DNA of 44,910 nucleotides, the filler included, from an uncultured virus (IMG/VR IMGVR_UViG_2049941000_000876) (taxonomy: Duplodnaviria; Heunggongvirae; Uroviricota; Caudoviricetes). It is 5 parts of one record of this genome, joined end to end, with 100 filler letters (N's around TTAATTAATTAA, not from the genome) between each part and the next. Parts side by side here need not be neighbours in the genome. Positions count along the whole stretch, not along the records: positions 28,619 to 29,200 come from IMGVR_UViG_2049941000_000876; positions 29,301 to 38,407 come from IMGVR_UViG_2049941000_000876; positions 38,508 to 44,910 come from IMGVR_UViG_2049941000_000876; 2 more parts are not named here. One strand, 5' to 3'. How positions within the stretch are numbered: position 1 is the first letter of the stretch; each line of letters begins with the position of its first letter. Under the pieces are notes generated by a model, which ran no database searches, was not told the DNA's origin, and worked only from the letters and a program-made list of their open reading frames with translations. Positions 28,519-39,179 of the stretch are shown piece by piece. A program made the translations under genes and the position numbers.

Positions 28519-30360
28519 NNNNNNNNNNNNNNNNNNNNNNNNNNNNNNNNNNNNNNNNNNNNTTAATTAATTAANNNNNNNNNNNNNNNNNNNNNNNNNN
28601 NNNNNNNNNNNNNNNNNNTGGGTCGAACTTACGATTGGCATTGGGATTCTGAGCTTGCATTGTCATGCATCCCAACATCAACGTAACGATTGCTAATATC
28701 ACCTTATTTTTCATGTCTAATATTTCGTCTGTTTTAGAATTAGTATTCCGACACATACGCATACATATCCAGATNNNNNNNNNNCAGGGTGGATAAAGCA
28801 CGTTGAAGTTCCGCTTGTACGGAACTTCCATTTGGNNNNNNNNNNAAAACGATTGTTAGCCAATGGATCGTTGAAATTCAAGCGAGGAATATCTGTNNNN
28901 NNNNNNATCCATGGAGAACTTACCAATCTTGATGAAGCGACGACCGTTGATGTTCATNNNNNNNNNNATGTAATCTTCACCAGTACTAACGGTAATGCCT
29001 AACTCACGCATGTAGTCANNNNNNNNNNCGTGGAAGAACAAGGAATCGACAAGGCTACGGGTAAAGTGCTTGTAGAGGTNNNNNNNNNNAATAAGTGGAA
29101 TATGCAGTGATGCAGTAAGCGCAGTAAGAAATGCTTTCCAAATCCACTCCCCTTCAAGAGTAATGATGGAAATTGGTAGATTTATAATGGAAGGATTGGC
29201 NNNNNNNNNNNNNNNNNNNNNNNNNNNNNNNNNNNNNNNNNNNNTTAATTAATTAANNNNNNNNNNNNNNNNNNNNNNNNNNNNNNNNNNNNNNNNNNNN
29301 GGATGAAGGATTATTTCCTGCTGAATTTATCTATCCCAGTGATGATTTATTCCCTGAGGATCCCAGTTTACGTCAAGTATCAAATATTGTAGCTGGTTCC
29401 TTANNNNNNNNNNNNNNNNNNNNNNNNNNNNNNNNNNNNNNNNNNNNNNNNNNNNNNNNNNNNNNNNNNNNNNNNNNNNNNNNNNNNNNNNNNNNNNNNN
29501 NNNNNNNNNNNNNNNNNNNNNNNNNNNNNNNNNNNNNNNNNNNNNNNNNNNNNNNNNNNNNNNNNNNNNNNNNNNNNNNNNNNNNNNNNNNNNNNNNNNN
29601 NNNNNNNNNNNNNNNNNNNNNNNNNNNNNNNNNNNNNNNNNNNNNNNNNNNNNNNNNNNNNNNNNNNNNNNNNNNNNNNNNNNNNNNNNNNNNNNNNNNN
29701 NNNNNNNNNNNNNNNNNNNNNNNNNNNNNNNNNNNNNNNNNNNNNNNNNNNNNNNNNNNNNNNNNNNNNNNNNNNNNNNNNNNNNNNNNNNNNNNNNNNN
29801 NNNNNNNNNNNNNNNNNNNNNNNNNNNNNNNNNNNNNNNNNNNNNNNNNNNNNNNNNNNNNNNNNNNNNNNNNNNNNNNNNNNNNNNNNNNNNNNNNNNN
29901 NNNNNNNNNNNNNNNNNNNNNNNNNNNNNNNNNNNNNNNNNNNNNNNNNNNNNNNNNNNNNNNNNNNNNNNNNNNNNNNNNNNNNNNNNNNNNNNNNNNN
30001 NNNNNNNNNNNNNNNNNNNNNNNNNNNNNNNNNNNNNNNNNNNNNNNNNNNNNNNNNNNNNNNNNNNNNNNNNNNNNNNNNNNNNNNNNNNNNNNNNNNN
30101 NNNNNNNNNNNNNNNNNNNNNNNNNNNNNNNNNNNNNNNNNNNNNNNNNNNNNNNNNNNNNNNNNNNNNNNNNNNNNNNNNNNNNNNNNNNNNNNNNNNN
30201 NNNNNNNNNNNNNNNNNNNNNNNNNNNNNNNNNNNNNNNNNNNNNNNNNNNNNNNNNNNNNNNNNNNNNNNNNNNNNNNNNNNNNNNNNNNNNNNNNNNN
30301 NNNNNNNNNNNNNNNNNNNNNNNNNNNNNNNNNNNNNNNNNNNNNNNNNNNNNNNNNNNN

Positions 30361-31465
30361 CACTGATAAGGGTGATTTTTATGTAACAGAAAACTCATAC
30401 AGCGGCTCCCAATTCTTTGAACAGACAATAAAAGCCCAAGGACAAGAATCATTATATGGTGGCACACAGAATTTTGATTATAATGAGATTATACTTAGTG
30501 AAAAGATTGCCAGAGTAAAACAATCAGTAGAAGCATTTGAGGTTGAATATGCTGATTTTAAAGAACAGACAGAATCAAATTTTGTAGTTACTGCGGATTC
30601 AATATCAGCAGAAGTAACTAGAGCAAAAAATGCTGAAAATGCACTATCCTCACAAATACAACAGACAGCAGATTCAATCAGTTTAAGTGTTACCAATAGT
30701 TCAACATCTAGTACAATTAAATTGATGTTAGGCCAGACTGAATTATCGAGTAAAGTAATACAGATGAATGGTCTAGTTAAATTTACAGACTTAGCACAAG
30801 AAGGAGAAACAGCAATCAATGGTTCTAATATAATCACTGGAACAATAGATGCTTGGAAAGTAGGTGTAACACATCTAAATGCTGACAATATCACTTCAGG
30901 CGCAATTACTATATCAGATGCTGGCTCCCATGTTACTGCATTTCAAGTTTTGAAAGGCGGAGAGCAGTTAGTAAAGATAGATGCTAATGATGGAGTTGTT
31001 GTTGGTAGAGATGTTGAGGGTCAAAACAGAACAGTAATATATAAAAGTGGATTAGCAGTATTTAATAGTGGACGTAATCAACGAATAGATTTATCACATG
31101 GAAATATTGAGTGTACTCAAACATTAACTTGTAATAATGCCACTGTAAGTAATAGAGTTACTTGTAAAGACATTTCCGTGAATAGTTCTGTTTTTACAAA
31201 AAAGACCGTTACAACCTTTAATAATGTAAGTGGAATATCAGAAGTAAAAGCGTTTGATATTGATTCAACAATAAACTTATATGCAGTATCATCAAGTACC
31301 GCTCCTTCAATGAAGGGAAATACTACTGACGGATATGTGTTTAGAACAAATCCTACATGGAAAAAAATATCTTTAAAACAAGTAAGTTATACAAACAAGA
31401 TATATGGTATGACCGGTTCTGGTTCGGTAACAGCAACAAATAGAACTTTACTTGGTTCTTGGTAA
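30361..31465 (+). CDS. Tail tip/spike protein, C-terminal part
   Basis: Frame open from 30362; TADSISAEV/TADSISLSV repeats; INGSNIITGTIDA. Confidence 0.8.
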
Positions 31466-31483
31466 TTATAGGAGGATAACTAT

Positions 31484-31708
31484 ATGACAGATATCGACAT
31501 AAGACAATTCAGAGATGATTTATTAGATTTCATAAATGGTACTAAATTACCATTAGAGGTGAAAAGACTTGTTTTAGCCGAGATATTTCATGCTATCTCA
31601 GAAGCAAGTGATAACTTCATCAATGAACAGAAGAAGTCAATCATAGAACAACTTAATGACCCAAACAATGTGCATGAATCACCAGTAGAAGAAACACCTG
31701 TAGAGTAG
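31484..31708 (+). CDS. Small phage protein
   Basis: AGGAGG RBS. Confidence 0.75.
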   Translation: MTDIDIRQFRDDLLDFINGTKLPLEVKRLVLAEIFHAISEASDNFINEQKKSIIEQLNDPNNVHESPVEETPVE

Positions 31709-31718
31709 GAGGTATCTT

Positions 31719-32675
31719 ATGGAAAAAGCGTTTATAAATTTTATATGGAAAAATACTCCATCTATTGAATCGCCTATAAATGCTACCAATCTTAATTCAA
31801 TAAATAATGGATTAGATATAGTAGATAACAGAGTAATTCAATTAGATGCTGATAAGGCAGATAAAGCGGCATTATTACAGAGCTTAAAAACTGTAAGTTA
31901 TGTGCCATCAACTGGTGTATGGACATTTACCTATAATAATGGAACTACATATTCTGTAGACCAAAACATAGAGAAGATTCCTGTATCTTTCTCATTATCT
32001 CCCAATGGTATTCTCACAATGACAACAGCAGATGGAACTCAGTTTACTTGTGATATTGCCGCACTTATCAAGACATATACATTTAATGATTCTAACACAG
32101 TTGATTTTACAGTAACTACAAGTGAGACTGGAAACAAGACAATAGTTGCTGATATTGTAGATGGTTCTATTACTGCTAATAAGCTTCAACCTAATTATCT
32201 CGCTGATGTTACTACACAGGCTCAAAATGCAAGTGGAAGTGCTGATAGCGCATTGAGTAGTGCTAACAATGCGGCTGCAGATGCTTTACTAGCACAATCT
32301 TACGCAATAGGTAATAGTGGAATAAGACCTGGTGAAAATACTGATAATGCTAAATACTACAAAGAGCAGTCAGCACTTGAAGGTGAAGCATGGGCAGCAG
32401 GTACAAAGAATGGAACACCGGTACCAAGTACAGATGTGCAATATCAGAATAACTCAAAATATTACTCTCAGTTAGCAGACGGATATCAACAGCAGGCGAA
32501 ACAATATAGAGATGAAGCACAACAGATAGTTGGTATAGGAATAGCTACTACAACTAATCCTGGTATTGTTATGCCTGATGGTGATACAATAAGTGTGAAT
32601 ACAACAACTGGTCGTATAGCTTTTGAAGGAATAACAGACACGGAATACGATGATATTTCAGCATTGTTTAATTGA
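31719..32675 (+). CDS. Tail fibre/minor tail protein
   Basis: TPINATNLNSI-like N-terminus; AQSYAIG..TDNAKYY repeats; ATTTNPGIVMPDG. Confidence 0.75.
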   Translation: MEKAFINFIWKNTPSIESPINATNLNSINNGLDIVDNRVIQLDADKADKAALLQSLKTVSYVPSTGVWTFTYNNGTTYSVDQNIEKIPVSFSLSPNGILTMTTADGTQFTCDIAALIKTYTFNDSNTVDFTVTTSETGNKTIVADIVDGSITANKLQPNYLADVTTQAQNASGSADSALSSANNAAADALLAQSYAIGNSGIRPGENTDNAKYYKEQSALEGEAWAAGTKNGTPVPSTDVQYQNNSKYYSQLADGYQQQAKQYRDEAQQIVGIGIATTTNPGIVMPDGDTISVNTTTGRIAFEGITDTEYDDISALFN

Positions 32676-32748
32676 CCCATATAAAGTATAATAAAAGAAA
32701 GATATGGCTAATTTATAGTTTATTTGGCAATATATTGGAGAATGAGAT

Positions 32749-33708
32749 ATGAAATCAATATTACAAGTAGTACAGAATCTAATAAAACCATATATAGATA
32801 AGGTTGCTAAGAATATTGCTCCTGTTGAAGTTTCTCCTTCTGAACACGCATATGTTGTAGGAAGACAGATTATTTATAACGGAGTACTGTATACTGTAAC
32901 TTCGGCAATAGCTGTAAATGATAACTTAGAGGTTGGAGTAAATATTATTTCATCATCAAATATACTTACTCAGATGACTAATAAGCAATCTACTTATACA
33001 GCAGATTCAACAGCATGGGACACAGCACCTACAGAAAATAGTACAAAACCAGTAACTTCAGGCGGAGTATATCAAGCTATAACATCTGTTAGTATAGATG
33101 ACATGACAGGAGCAACATCATCATCAGATGGAGAACACGGTCTTGTTCCTGCACCTTTGATAGCTGATAGAGATAAATACTTAAAAGGCGATGGAACTTG
33201 GCAAAATATACCTAATATGACGGGCGCAACTTCGGCTGCAAATGGCGCAAGCGGACTTGTGCCGCAGCCGTTAATAGCTAATATAGCGCAATTTCTAAGA
33301 GGTGACGGTGCATGGGCAACACCTACTATTGAAAGAAGCTATGTAGGTATGATTATTCATTCAACCAAACTAGATACAATGGCTAAGGTAGTAGCTTTTT
33401 ACGGTGGAACTACATGGATTCAACATAGCGGATATATGCTAAGAGGTGCAACAAGTGGAGTAACTGCTAATAGTGCAACTAAAACAGGTGGTGCTGATAC
33501 CGTAACAATAACAACTAATCAAATGCCAAGTCATTATCATGGTTCATATGGTTGGGCTAAGGTAAGTGATAACTCAGGAGACTATGAAGTACTGGGATGC
33601 AGAACTTCTAGTACATCTCAACAAAATACAAGAAGTACAGGAGGTGGACAATCGCATAATAATATTCCTAACTATAAATCAGTATATATTTGGGAACGCA
33701 CAGTATAA
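32749..33708 (+). CDS. Tail fibre/receptor-binding protein with baseplate/collar-like C-terminus
   Basis: Two MTGATS..GLVP.P..LxGDGxW repeats; TGGADTVTITTNQMPSH..GGGQSHNNIP..VYIWERT. Confidence 0.8.
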   Translation: MKSILQVVQNLIKPYIDKVAKNIAPVEVSPSEHAYVVGRQIIYNGVLYTVTSAIAVNDNLEVGVNIISSSNILTQMTNKQSTYTADSTAWDTAPTENSTKPVTSGGVYQAITSVSIDDMTGATSSSDGEHGLVPAPLIADRDKYLKGDGTWQNIPNMTGATSAANGASGLVPQPLIANIAQFLRGDGAWATPTIERSYVGMIIHSTKLDTMAKVVAFYGGTTWIQHSGYMLRGATSGVTANSATKTGGADTVTITTNQMPSHYHGSYGWAKVSDNSGDYEVLGCRTSSTSQQNTRSTGGGQSHNNIPNYKSVYIWERTV

Positions 33709-33722
33709 GAAAGGAGAAGTTT

Positions 33723-34034
33723 ATGGCCCGCGATATTTATTATTTAAAATTCGGTGAAACAAGACTTGATTTAACTGACGATGGAATCAGTTTGAATGAT
33801 AATATTTCATTGACATTCAAAAACGATAATTACACAGAAGCGGAATTAGAATCTTTATTTTCTAACATTAAAGAGGGAATAACAATATATGGATGTATAT
33901 TACAGGACGATGAAACAGAGACAGACGAGTTTATAGCTTCACACTATGACCAATATCCTATATTAGAATCTATTGATTATAATGATGAGGATGATTTGTA
34001 TACGGTTAGATTAGTAGATGCAACAAATGAATAA
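33723..34034 (+). CDS. Acidic phage protein after tail fibre (possible chaperone)
   Basis: AAAGGAG RBS before ATG 33723. Confidence 0.7.
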   Translation: MARDIYYLKFGETRLDLTDDGISLNDNISLTFKNDNYTEAELESLFSNIKEGITIYGCILQDDETETDEFIASHYDQYPILESIDYNDEDDLYTVRLVDATNE

Positions 34035-34107
34035 ATGTTATCATTATTATTGACTTAATGTACCAACTTTATGTTATAATACCCATATAATATAAGGACA
34101 CACCATT

Positions 34108-34665
34108 ATGAATGAAATAACAAAAACGATAATAGCCTTCTTATGCAGTGGTACTCTTCTTACCTTTGTACAATTTCTTATTACAAGACGAGATACTAAA
34201 AAAGATAAGATAAAAGTACTGGAGCAAAAGATAATAGATGTGCTTGATACCTGTGAAAAAACAAGCAAAACACGATATGATGAGCATGAGGCTGCCATTA
34301 AGGAATTAGATTTCCAACGGCAGAAAGATTATAAGGCTCTAAGAGAGGCTTTAAATCAAATATCTCCAGTATTAAATAAAATCGTTTCTACCCAGGATGT
34401 TATTTCAGCCATTAACGTTGGTATTGTACATAATATGATAATAGAATTTAGTACACCTATTATTGAAAGAGAAGCAGTTACTTATGAAGAGTTGGCTACA
34501 TTAGACAGTCTTTATGTTCCATATAGTAAACTAGGTGGAAATGGAGAATGTAAGAGAAGATATGAGGACATCAATAAACTCACAAAAATCTCGAAAGAAC
34601 GTGCAATCAAGAAAGACAAAGAGCTTGAAGCAAAGCGGTTCAAAGAACTACAAGAAGCTAGATAA
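34108..34665 (+). CDS. Holin-associated membrane protein (1 TM plus coiled coil)
   Basis: N-terminal TM; LYVPYSKLGGNG; TGtTATAAT upstream at 34072-34080. Confidence 0.7.
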   Translation: MNEITKTIIAFLCSGTLLTFVQFLITRRDTKKDKIKVLEQKIIDVLDTCEKTSKTRYDEHEAAIKELDFQRQKDYKALREALNQISPVLNKIVSTQDVISAINVGIVHNMIIEFSTPIIEREAVTYEELATLDSLYVPYSKLGGNGECKRRYEDINKLTKISKERAIKKDKELEAKRFKELQEAR

Positions 34666-34855
34666 GATAGTCAGAGGAGTAATGATATATTGGCTATCTT
34701 TCGTATCAATAGCTTGGATTACATATTGGGTAAAGAGTGCTGTACCAGATACACTTATTCAGTATGGATTAGGTGGAGGAGCTATTGAGTTAGTTATATC
34801 AGGTATCATTGAAGTTATGAGAGATAGAAAGGAGAACAAGAACAATGGCAGTTGA
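34601..34855 (+). CDS. Small 2-TM lysis-region protein
   Basis: Hydrophobic segments around VPDTLIQY; start uncertain. Confidence 0.6.
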   Translation: MQSRKTKSLKQSGSKNYKKLDKIVRGVMIYWLSFVSIAWITYWVKSAVPDTLIQYGLGGGAIELVISGIIEVMRDRKENKNNGS

Positions 34856-35132
34856 AATGTTTATTTATCTTTTCACTATTGGTAGTCTTTTCGCCTCACT
34901 TCTTACACAGGCTACCAAGAAAGCTTTACCCAAGATTTCTAGTAATATCCTAGCACTTATCAATGCCGGTATTGTTGGTATTGTAGGCATGATTTGTGTA
35001 TATGTGATTATGGATATTCCATTTATTCCCGTAAATATTATCTATATTGTGCTTATGGCAGTTTGTATCTGGATGGGATCAATGATTGGTTATGATAAGA
35101 TTATTCAAACTATCAATCAGATAAGGGGGTAA
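34845..35132 (+). CDS. Holin (3 TM)
   Basis: Three hydrophobic helices; SMIGYDKIIQTINQI; precedes lysin. Confidence 0.75.
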   Translation: MAVEMFIYLFTIGSLFASLLTQATKKALPKISSNILALINAGIVGIVGMICVYVIMDIPFIPVNIIYIVLMAVCIWMGSMIGYDKIIQTINQIRG

Positions 35133-35133
35133 T

Positions 35134-35850
35134 ATGGCTAGTTCTGCACAAGCAAAACAATTTATTCAGAGAATAGCTCCTATTATACAAGAAGAGGCTA
35201 AAAAGAGAGGGTATCAAGTATGCTCTCCTATCATAGCTCAGGCTTGTATTGAAAGTGCATTTGGAACATCTATGTTAGGCAGTAAGTGGCATAACTATTT
35301 TGGAATGAAATGTGGAAGTGCTTGGAAAGGAAAGAGCATAAACCTTAAAACAAAAGAGGAGTACACAGTAGGCACACTTACTACTATCAGAGATAATTTT
35401 AGAGTATATGATAGTGTGGAACATGGTGTATGTGGTTACTTTGATTTCATATCTACAAAAAGATATGTCAATCTTAAATCTGCATCTACACCTAAAGAAT
35501 ATTTAGAGCTTATCAAGAAAGATGGCTATGCTACATCTTCATCATATGTAAATACAAACATGAGTTGTATTACAAAGTATGACCTTGATAAGTATGATTG
35601 GAATAATGTTCAATCAGTTTCTAACCCTTATAAATTAACTGATTCAATTATTAAAAGGGGTTCAAAGGGAGAGAGTGTGAAGTGGTTACAGTATGCACTC
35701 AATAAATATGGATATGGTCTTACTATTGATGGTGACTTTGGAGTAAAGACAGAAGCCGCTGTCAAAGATTTTCAGAAAAACCATGGACTGATTGTTGATG
35801 GAATAGCTGGCAAAAATACTATAGCAAAACTAAAGGAGCTACAAAAATGA
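35134..35850 (+). CDS. Endolysin: GH73 glucosaminidase plus peptidoglycan-binding domain
   Basis: IAQACIESAFG, NYFGMK, GYATSSSY; GSKGESVKWLQ..DGDFG..AVKDFQ..LIVDGIAG. Confidence 0.92.
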   Translation: MASSAQAKQFIQRIAPIIQEEAKKRGYQVCSPIIAQACIESAFGTSMLGSKWHNYFGMKCGSAWKGKSINLKTKEEYTVGTLTTIRDNFRVYDSVEHGVCGYFDFISTKRYVNLKSASTPKEYLELIKKDGYATSSSYVNTNMSCITKYDLDKYDWNNVQSVSNPYKLTDSIIKRGSKGESVKWLQYALNKYGYGLTIDGDFGVKTEAAVKDFQKNHGLIVDGIAGKNTIAKLKELQK

Positions 35851-36128
35851 CGGATAATAAATTTGACAGCTACGAACATGAACCTCTTTCTTATTTTGTA
35901 GTCGAAGGAATGATGACACATATTACCTTAGCATTAAAGAGATGGTTTATTATTGCTATTGTTGAGCTAATGATATTATTAGCAACTATTATTGGTTTCT
36001 TATGGTATATAAGTTTACCTATTGAAGAAACAACTACGGTTGAAGTAGAAAATACAGATGGTAATGCAAACTATATTGGAAATGATATGAATGGAGACTT
36101 TAATTATGGCGAGAGTAAAGAAAACTAA
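35847..36128 (+). CDS. Single-TM hypothetical protein
   Basis: KRWFIIAIVELMILLATIIGFLWY; AAGGAG RBS. Confidence 0.75.
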   Translation: MTDNKFDSYEHEPLSYFVVEGMMTHITLALKRWFIIAIVELMILLATIIGFLWYISLPIEETTTVEVENTDGNANYIGNDMNGDFNYGESKEN

Positions 36129-36158
36129 ACGAACAAAAAGAGCAAAAAGGTCAAGACG

Positions 36159-36377
36159 ATGAATCTGAATGACATGGATAACTATGAAATAGCTGATGCT
36201 ATAGATAAGTTTGTACGTGGCGAACGTGCAAGAAAGATTCTTAAAAGGCGATTACTTGATGAGATTTGTTATGAGCCTTTGGCTGAGGAATTTGAGATAT
36301 CTGTGTCGCAGGTCAAAAGAATTATAATTAAAGCACAAGAACAGCTATTTAAGCATTTAAAGAAAGGAGGTAGATAG
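36159..36377 (+). CDS. Small sigma-70 region 4-like HTH regulator
   Basis: RARKILKRRLLDEICYEPLAEEFEISVSQVKRII. Confidence 0.7.
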   Translation: MNLNDMDNYEIADAIDKFVRGERARKILKRRLLDEICYEPLAEEFEISVSQVKRIIIKAQEQLFKHLKKGGR

Positions 36378-36378
36378 T

Positions 36379-36579
36379 ATGCTTCTTAGTGATTTCTTAT
36401 CAGCATTAAAGACAGAGGGTGTAAAGATTACACTTGTTGATGAGGATGGAAATGAGATGATTAAATTCTTCTCAGAAGGATATACGAATGTTGAATCAGA
36501 TGTTTTAGCAAGAACAGTTAAGAAATTCGATTTAACTTCTGCCACATCACTTTCTATTGTTATCAATAATGCTATTTAA
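36379..36579 (+). CDS. Small hypothetical protein
   Basis: AAGGAGG RBS. Confidence 0.7.
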   Translation: MLLSDFLSALKTEGVKITLVDEDGNEMIKFFSEGYTNVESDVLARTVKKFDLTSATSLSIVINNAI

Positions 36580-36616
36580 TCTAAATCAAATTTGAACTGA
36601 ATATGGTTGCTTATTT

Positions 36617-36653
36617 GAGCTATTCACGAACTCGTGAATAGCTCTTTCTTTTT
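36617..36653 (+). terminator. Intrinsic terminator
   Basis: 12-bp perfect stem GAGCTATTCACG/CGTGAATAGCTC, then TTTCTTTTT. Confidence 0.75.
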
Positions 36654-36666
36654 ATATCATTTAAGT

Positions 36667-37199
36667 ATGTCATACGTAAAATTTAATCCTAATCCAGAAG
36701 AAAAGAATATTGGTGATTGTGTTGTAAGGGCAATGTGTGCGGCTACTGATTGTGATTGGGAATCTGCTTACGCAAAAATTGTGCTAAAGGGATTTCAGTT
36801 ACATGATATGCCATCTTCTGATGATGTATGGGGCGCACAATTATATGATGAGGGATTTATAAGGGAGATTATACCAAATACTTGCCCTTATTGTTATACA
36901 GTAAAAGACTTTTGCAAAGACCATCCACAAGGAGTATTTGTTTTAGGAACTGGTACTCACGCAGAGGCTTCTGATAATGCTAGACAGATTGCTAATATGC
37001 AGAGCTTATTTGGTATTCAGTCAGCTTTACAGAATTGTTGCTGTGAGAACCGAGCAGCAACAGCAGACCTTAAATACACAGTTGCCACAGAGGCTTGCGC
37101 TGATAGNNNNNNNNNNTCGCAGTTATAGATGGTGATTATTATGATGCGTGGGATAGCGGAAATAAAGTACCTCTATTTTATTGGCGAAAGGAGAAATGA
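36667..37199 (+). CDS. NPNP/GDC protein, putative cysteine peptidase fold; interrupted in assembly at 36961-37116
   Basis: FNPNP..GDCVVRA..GTGTH, then after the gap AVIDGDYYDAWDSG..YWRKEK*. Confidence 0.7.
36961..37106 (+). CDS. Displaced fragment of a coiled-coil protein with a QNCCCE motif
   Basis: ARQIANMQSLFGIQSALQNCCCENRAATADLKYTVATEACAD; unrelated to the flanking frame content. Confidence 0.6.
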
Positions 37200-37201
37200 T
37201 T

Positions 37202-37690
37202 ATGCCAGCACCTTATTTTAATAGTTATCAACAAAGTTATGCGCCCTATCAACAGAGTATGGGTCAACAGAATTTCAATCAAGGAAATAGTTTTGCACAG
37301 CAAAGCTATTCTCAGCCTCAGATGCAGATGGCTCAGCCCACTCACTCATCTACAATAAATTGGGTACAAGGTGATGTAGGAGCAAGAGCTTATCCTATAA
37401 CTCCTGGTATGTCTGTATTACTCATGGATAGTGAAGGACAGAACTTCTACATTAAATCAGCAGATACAATGGGAATGCCAACACTAAAGAAATATGCTTA
37501 TTCAGAAGTAGTGGAAGAACCATTAAGACTTGAATCTAATGATGCCAGACAGCTTGACACAGCATTTTCAGCTACAAGAGAAGAGGTTAAACAGTTGCAT
37601 GAAGAAATTAAATCTCTTAAAGACCAGATAGCAAGGATGGAAAGTGAATCAGCATCTACTAAAACAACTGGAGGCAAAAAGAATGGCTAA
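37202..37690 (+). CDS. Protein with Q/S/Y-rich N-terminus and WVQG..MDSE..FYIKS domain
   Basis: AAAGGAG RBS; low-complexity N-terminus, globular middle, coiled-coil end. Confidence 0.8.
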   Translation: MPAPYFNSYQQSYAPYQQSMGQQNFNQGNSFAQQSYSQPQMQMAQPTHSSTINWVQGDVGARAYPITPGMSVLLMDSEGQNFYIKSADTMGMPTLKKYAYSEVVEEPLRLESNDARQLDTAFSATREEVKQLHEEIKSLKDQIARMESESASTKTTGGKKNG

Positions 37691-37937
37691 TTCAGTATTT
37701 AACCAACTGAACAGAAATTCTAATAATGCTCAATCTAATAATGACTTTCAAAGTCAATTCAATATATTTCGACAAAACCCTATTCAGTTTCTTATGCAGA
37801 GGAATATAAATATCCCTGCTGAGATGTATAATGATCCTCATTCTGCCGTGGAGTATTTAGTGCAAAACGGCAGAATGAACCCCCAAGCTATGAATAAAGT
37901 AATGGGAACATTACAGAGAATGGGGTTCAAATTCTAG
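37683..37937 (+). CDS. Small Q/N/M-rich protein
   Basis: GGAGG RBS; MANSVFNQLN..RQNPIQFL..LVQNGRM. Confidence 0.75.
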   Translation: MANSVFNQLNRNSNNAQSNNDFQSQFNIFRQNPIQFLMQRNINIPAEMYNDPHSAVEYLVQNGRMNPQAMNKVMGTLQRMGFKF

Positions 37938-37952
37938 GTTTCANNNNNNNNN

Positions 37953-38597
37953 NGCGCCCATATTGTATTAGAAACCGAGGAGATTATCGTACAATATTGG
38001 GCGTCTTTTCTGTTTTAGAGGATCCAGAGCTAGAACAGAATGAGCGTTATATCTCCGCTTTAATAATATTCTATGAAGATNNNNNNNNNNNNNNNNNNNN
38101 NNNNNNNNNNNNNNNNNNNNNNNNNNNNNNNNNNNNNNNNNNNNNNNNNNNNNNNNNNNNNNNNNNNNNNNNNNNNNNNNNNNNNNNNNNNNNNNNNNNN
38201 NNNNNNNNNNNNNNNNNNNNNNNNNNNNNNNNNNNNNNNNNNNGTTAGAAAAAGAATATCAAAAATCTATCAGTAAAATTTCTTCTGATGATAAGGGTGC
38301 AAAAACAAGATTAGAAAATTTAAAAAAAGAATATGAGTTTGAAATGCAGTCTCTTGATAAAAGAGAGTCTGCCGCAAATACTTTAGTGAATGTTGGCAAA
38401 TATAATCNNNNNNNNNNNNNNNNNNNNNNNNNNNNNNNNNNNNNNNNNNNNTTAATTAATTAANNNNNNNNNNNNNNNNNNNNNNNNNNNNNNNNNNNNN
38501 NNNNNNNCTGGGTTAAGAATTTATTGACAAAGTTTACAGATTTTGGTAGAGATATTCTTACATCAATAAAGAATACATGGAGAGATGTGCTTAACGA
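37953..38597 (+). other. Strain-variant duplicate fragments of gp15 and tape measure genes
   Basis: Match 23180-23303, 24126-24288 and 43981-44069 with SNPs. Confidence 0.85.
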
Positions 38598-38705
38598 NNN
38601 NNNNNNNNNNNNNNNNNNNNNNNNNNNNNNNNNNNNNNNNNNNNNNNNNNNNNNNNNNNNNNNNNNNNNNNNNNNNNNNNNNNNNNNNNNNNNNNNNNNN
38701 NNNNN

Positions 38706-39165
38706 TATAGGAGCAGAGCAAGAATCAGATAATAATTTAATACCTATAGATTTTGCACAATCTTTCCTTGATGCCCTTACTGATATGAAGTCCAGCGCAG
38801 TTTACATAGTATCATCTATGGTAGACGAAATAGAAGCTGTTATGGCTAGCCTGGAATACGCTAACATGATGAATAGTATGTATTCTCAACTTAATAATGT
38901 AAAAGCAATCCAGGTACCAAATATTGTATCCGGTAAGCAACTTCCTACTAATGCTAACTTTAAACAGTCTGATTCTAAAAATTCTGACTTGTCAAGACTA
39001 CCTGACATTATCAGAGAGGCTATAGAGGATGCTGTAAATACCATCAACACAGATAGTAATAAGGCGCCTATTATGTTACAATTAGATAGTAGAACATTGG
39101 CAGAAGCTGTTTGGGATGAAGAAGAGAAGAGATATAAACAGCGTGGTGACTACAGACCTTTTTAA
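38706..39165 (+). CDS. Tape measure protein, C-terminal part
   Basis: TTG GC|T ATA joins from 44351; ends LQLDSRTLAEAV. Confidence 0.8.
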
Positions 39166-39179
39166 ATATGAGGTGAGCT

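Noticed and set aside
25154..28774. truA, ECF sigma and anti-sigma genes (and rnz at 44362) as evidence of a Prevotella host
   Set aside because: Every junction with phage sequence is a gap; no integrase or att site is seen; phage signals are Firmicutes-type.
28785..29079. Five ~51-nt pieces resembling a CRISPR or cassette array
   Set aside because: No repeat between them, only 10-N gaps; uniform size suggests assembly-graph bubble fragments.
36634..37128. Natural fusion of the NPNP protein with the CCC domain
   Set aside because: The logical C-terminus (AVIDG..YDAWDSG) follows the gap, so the insert is most likely misplaced, though its left junction is unmarked and should be checked in reads.
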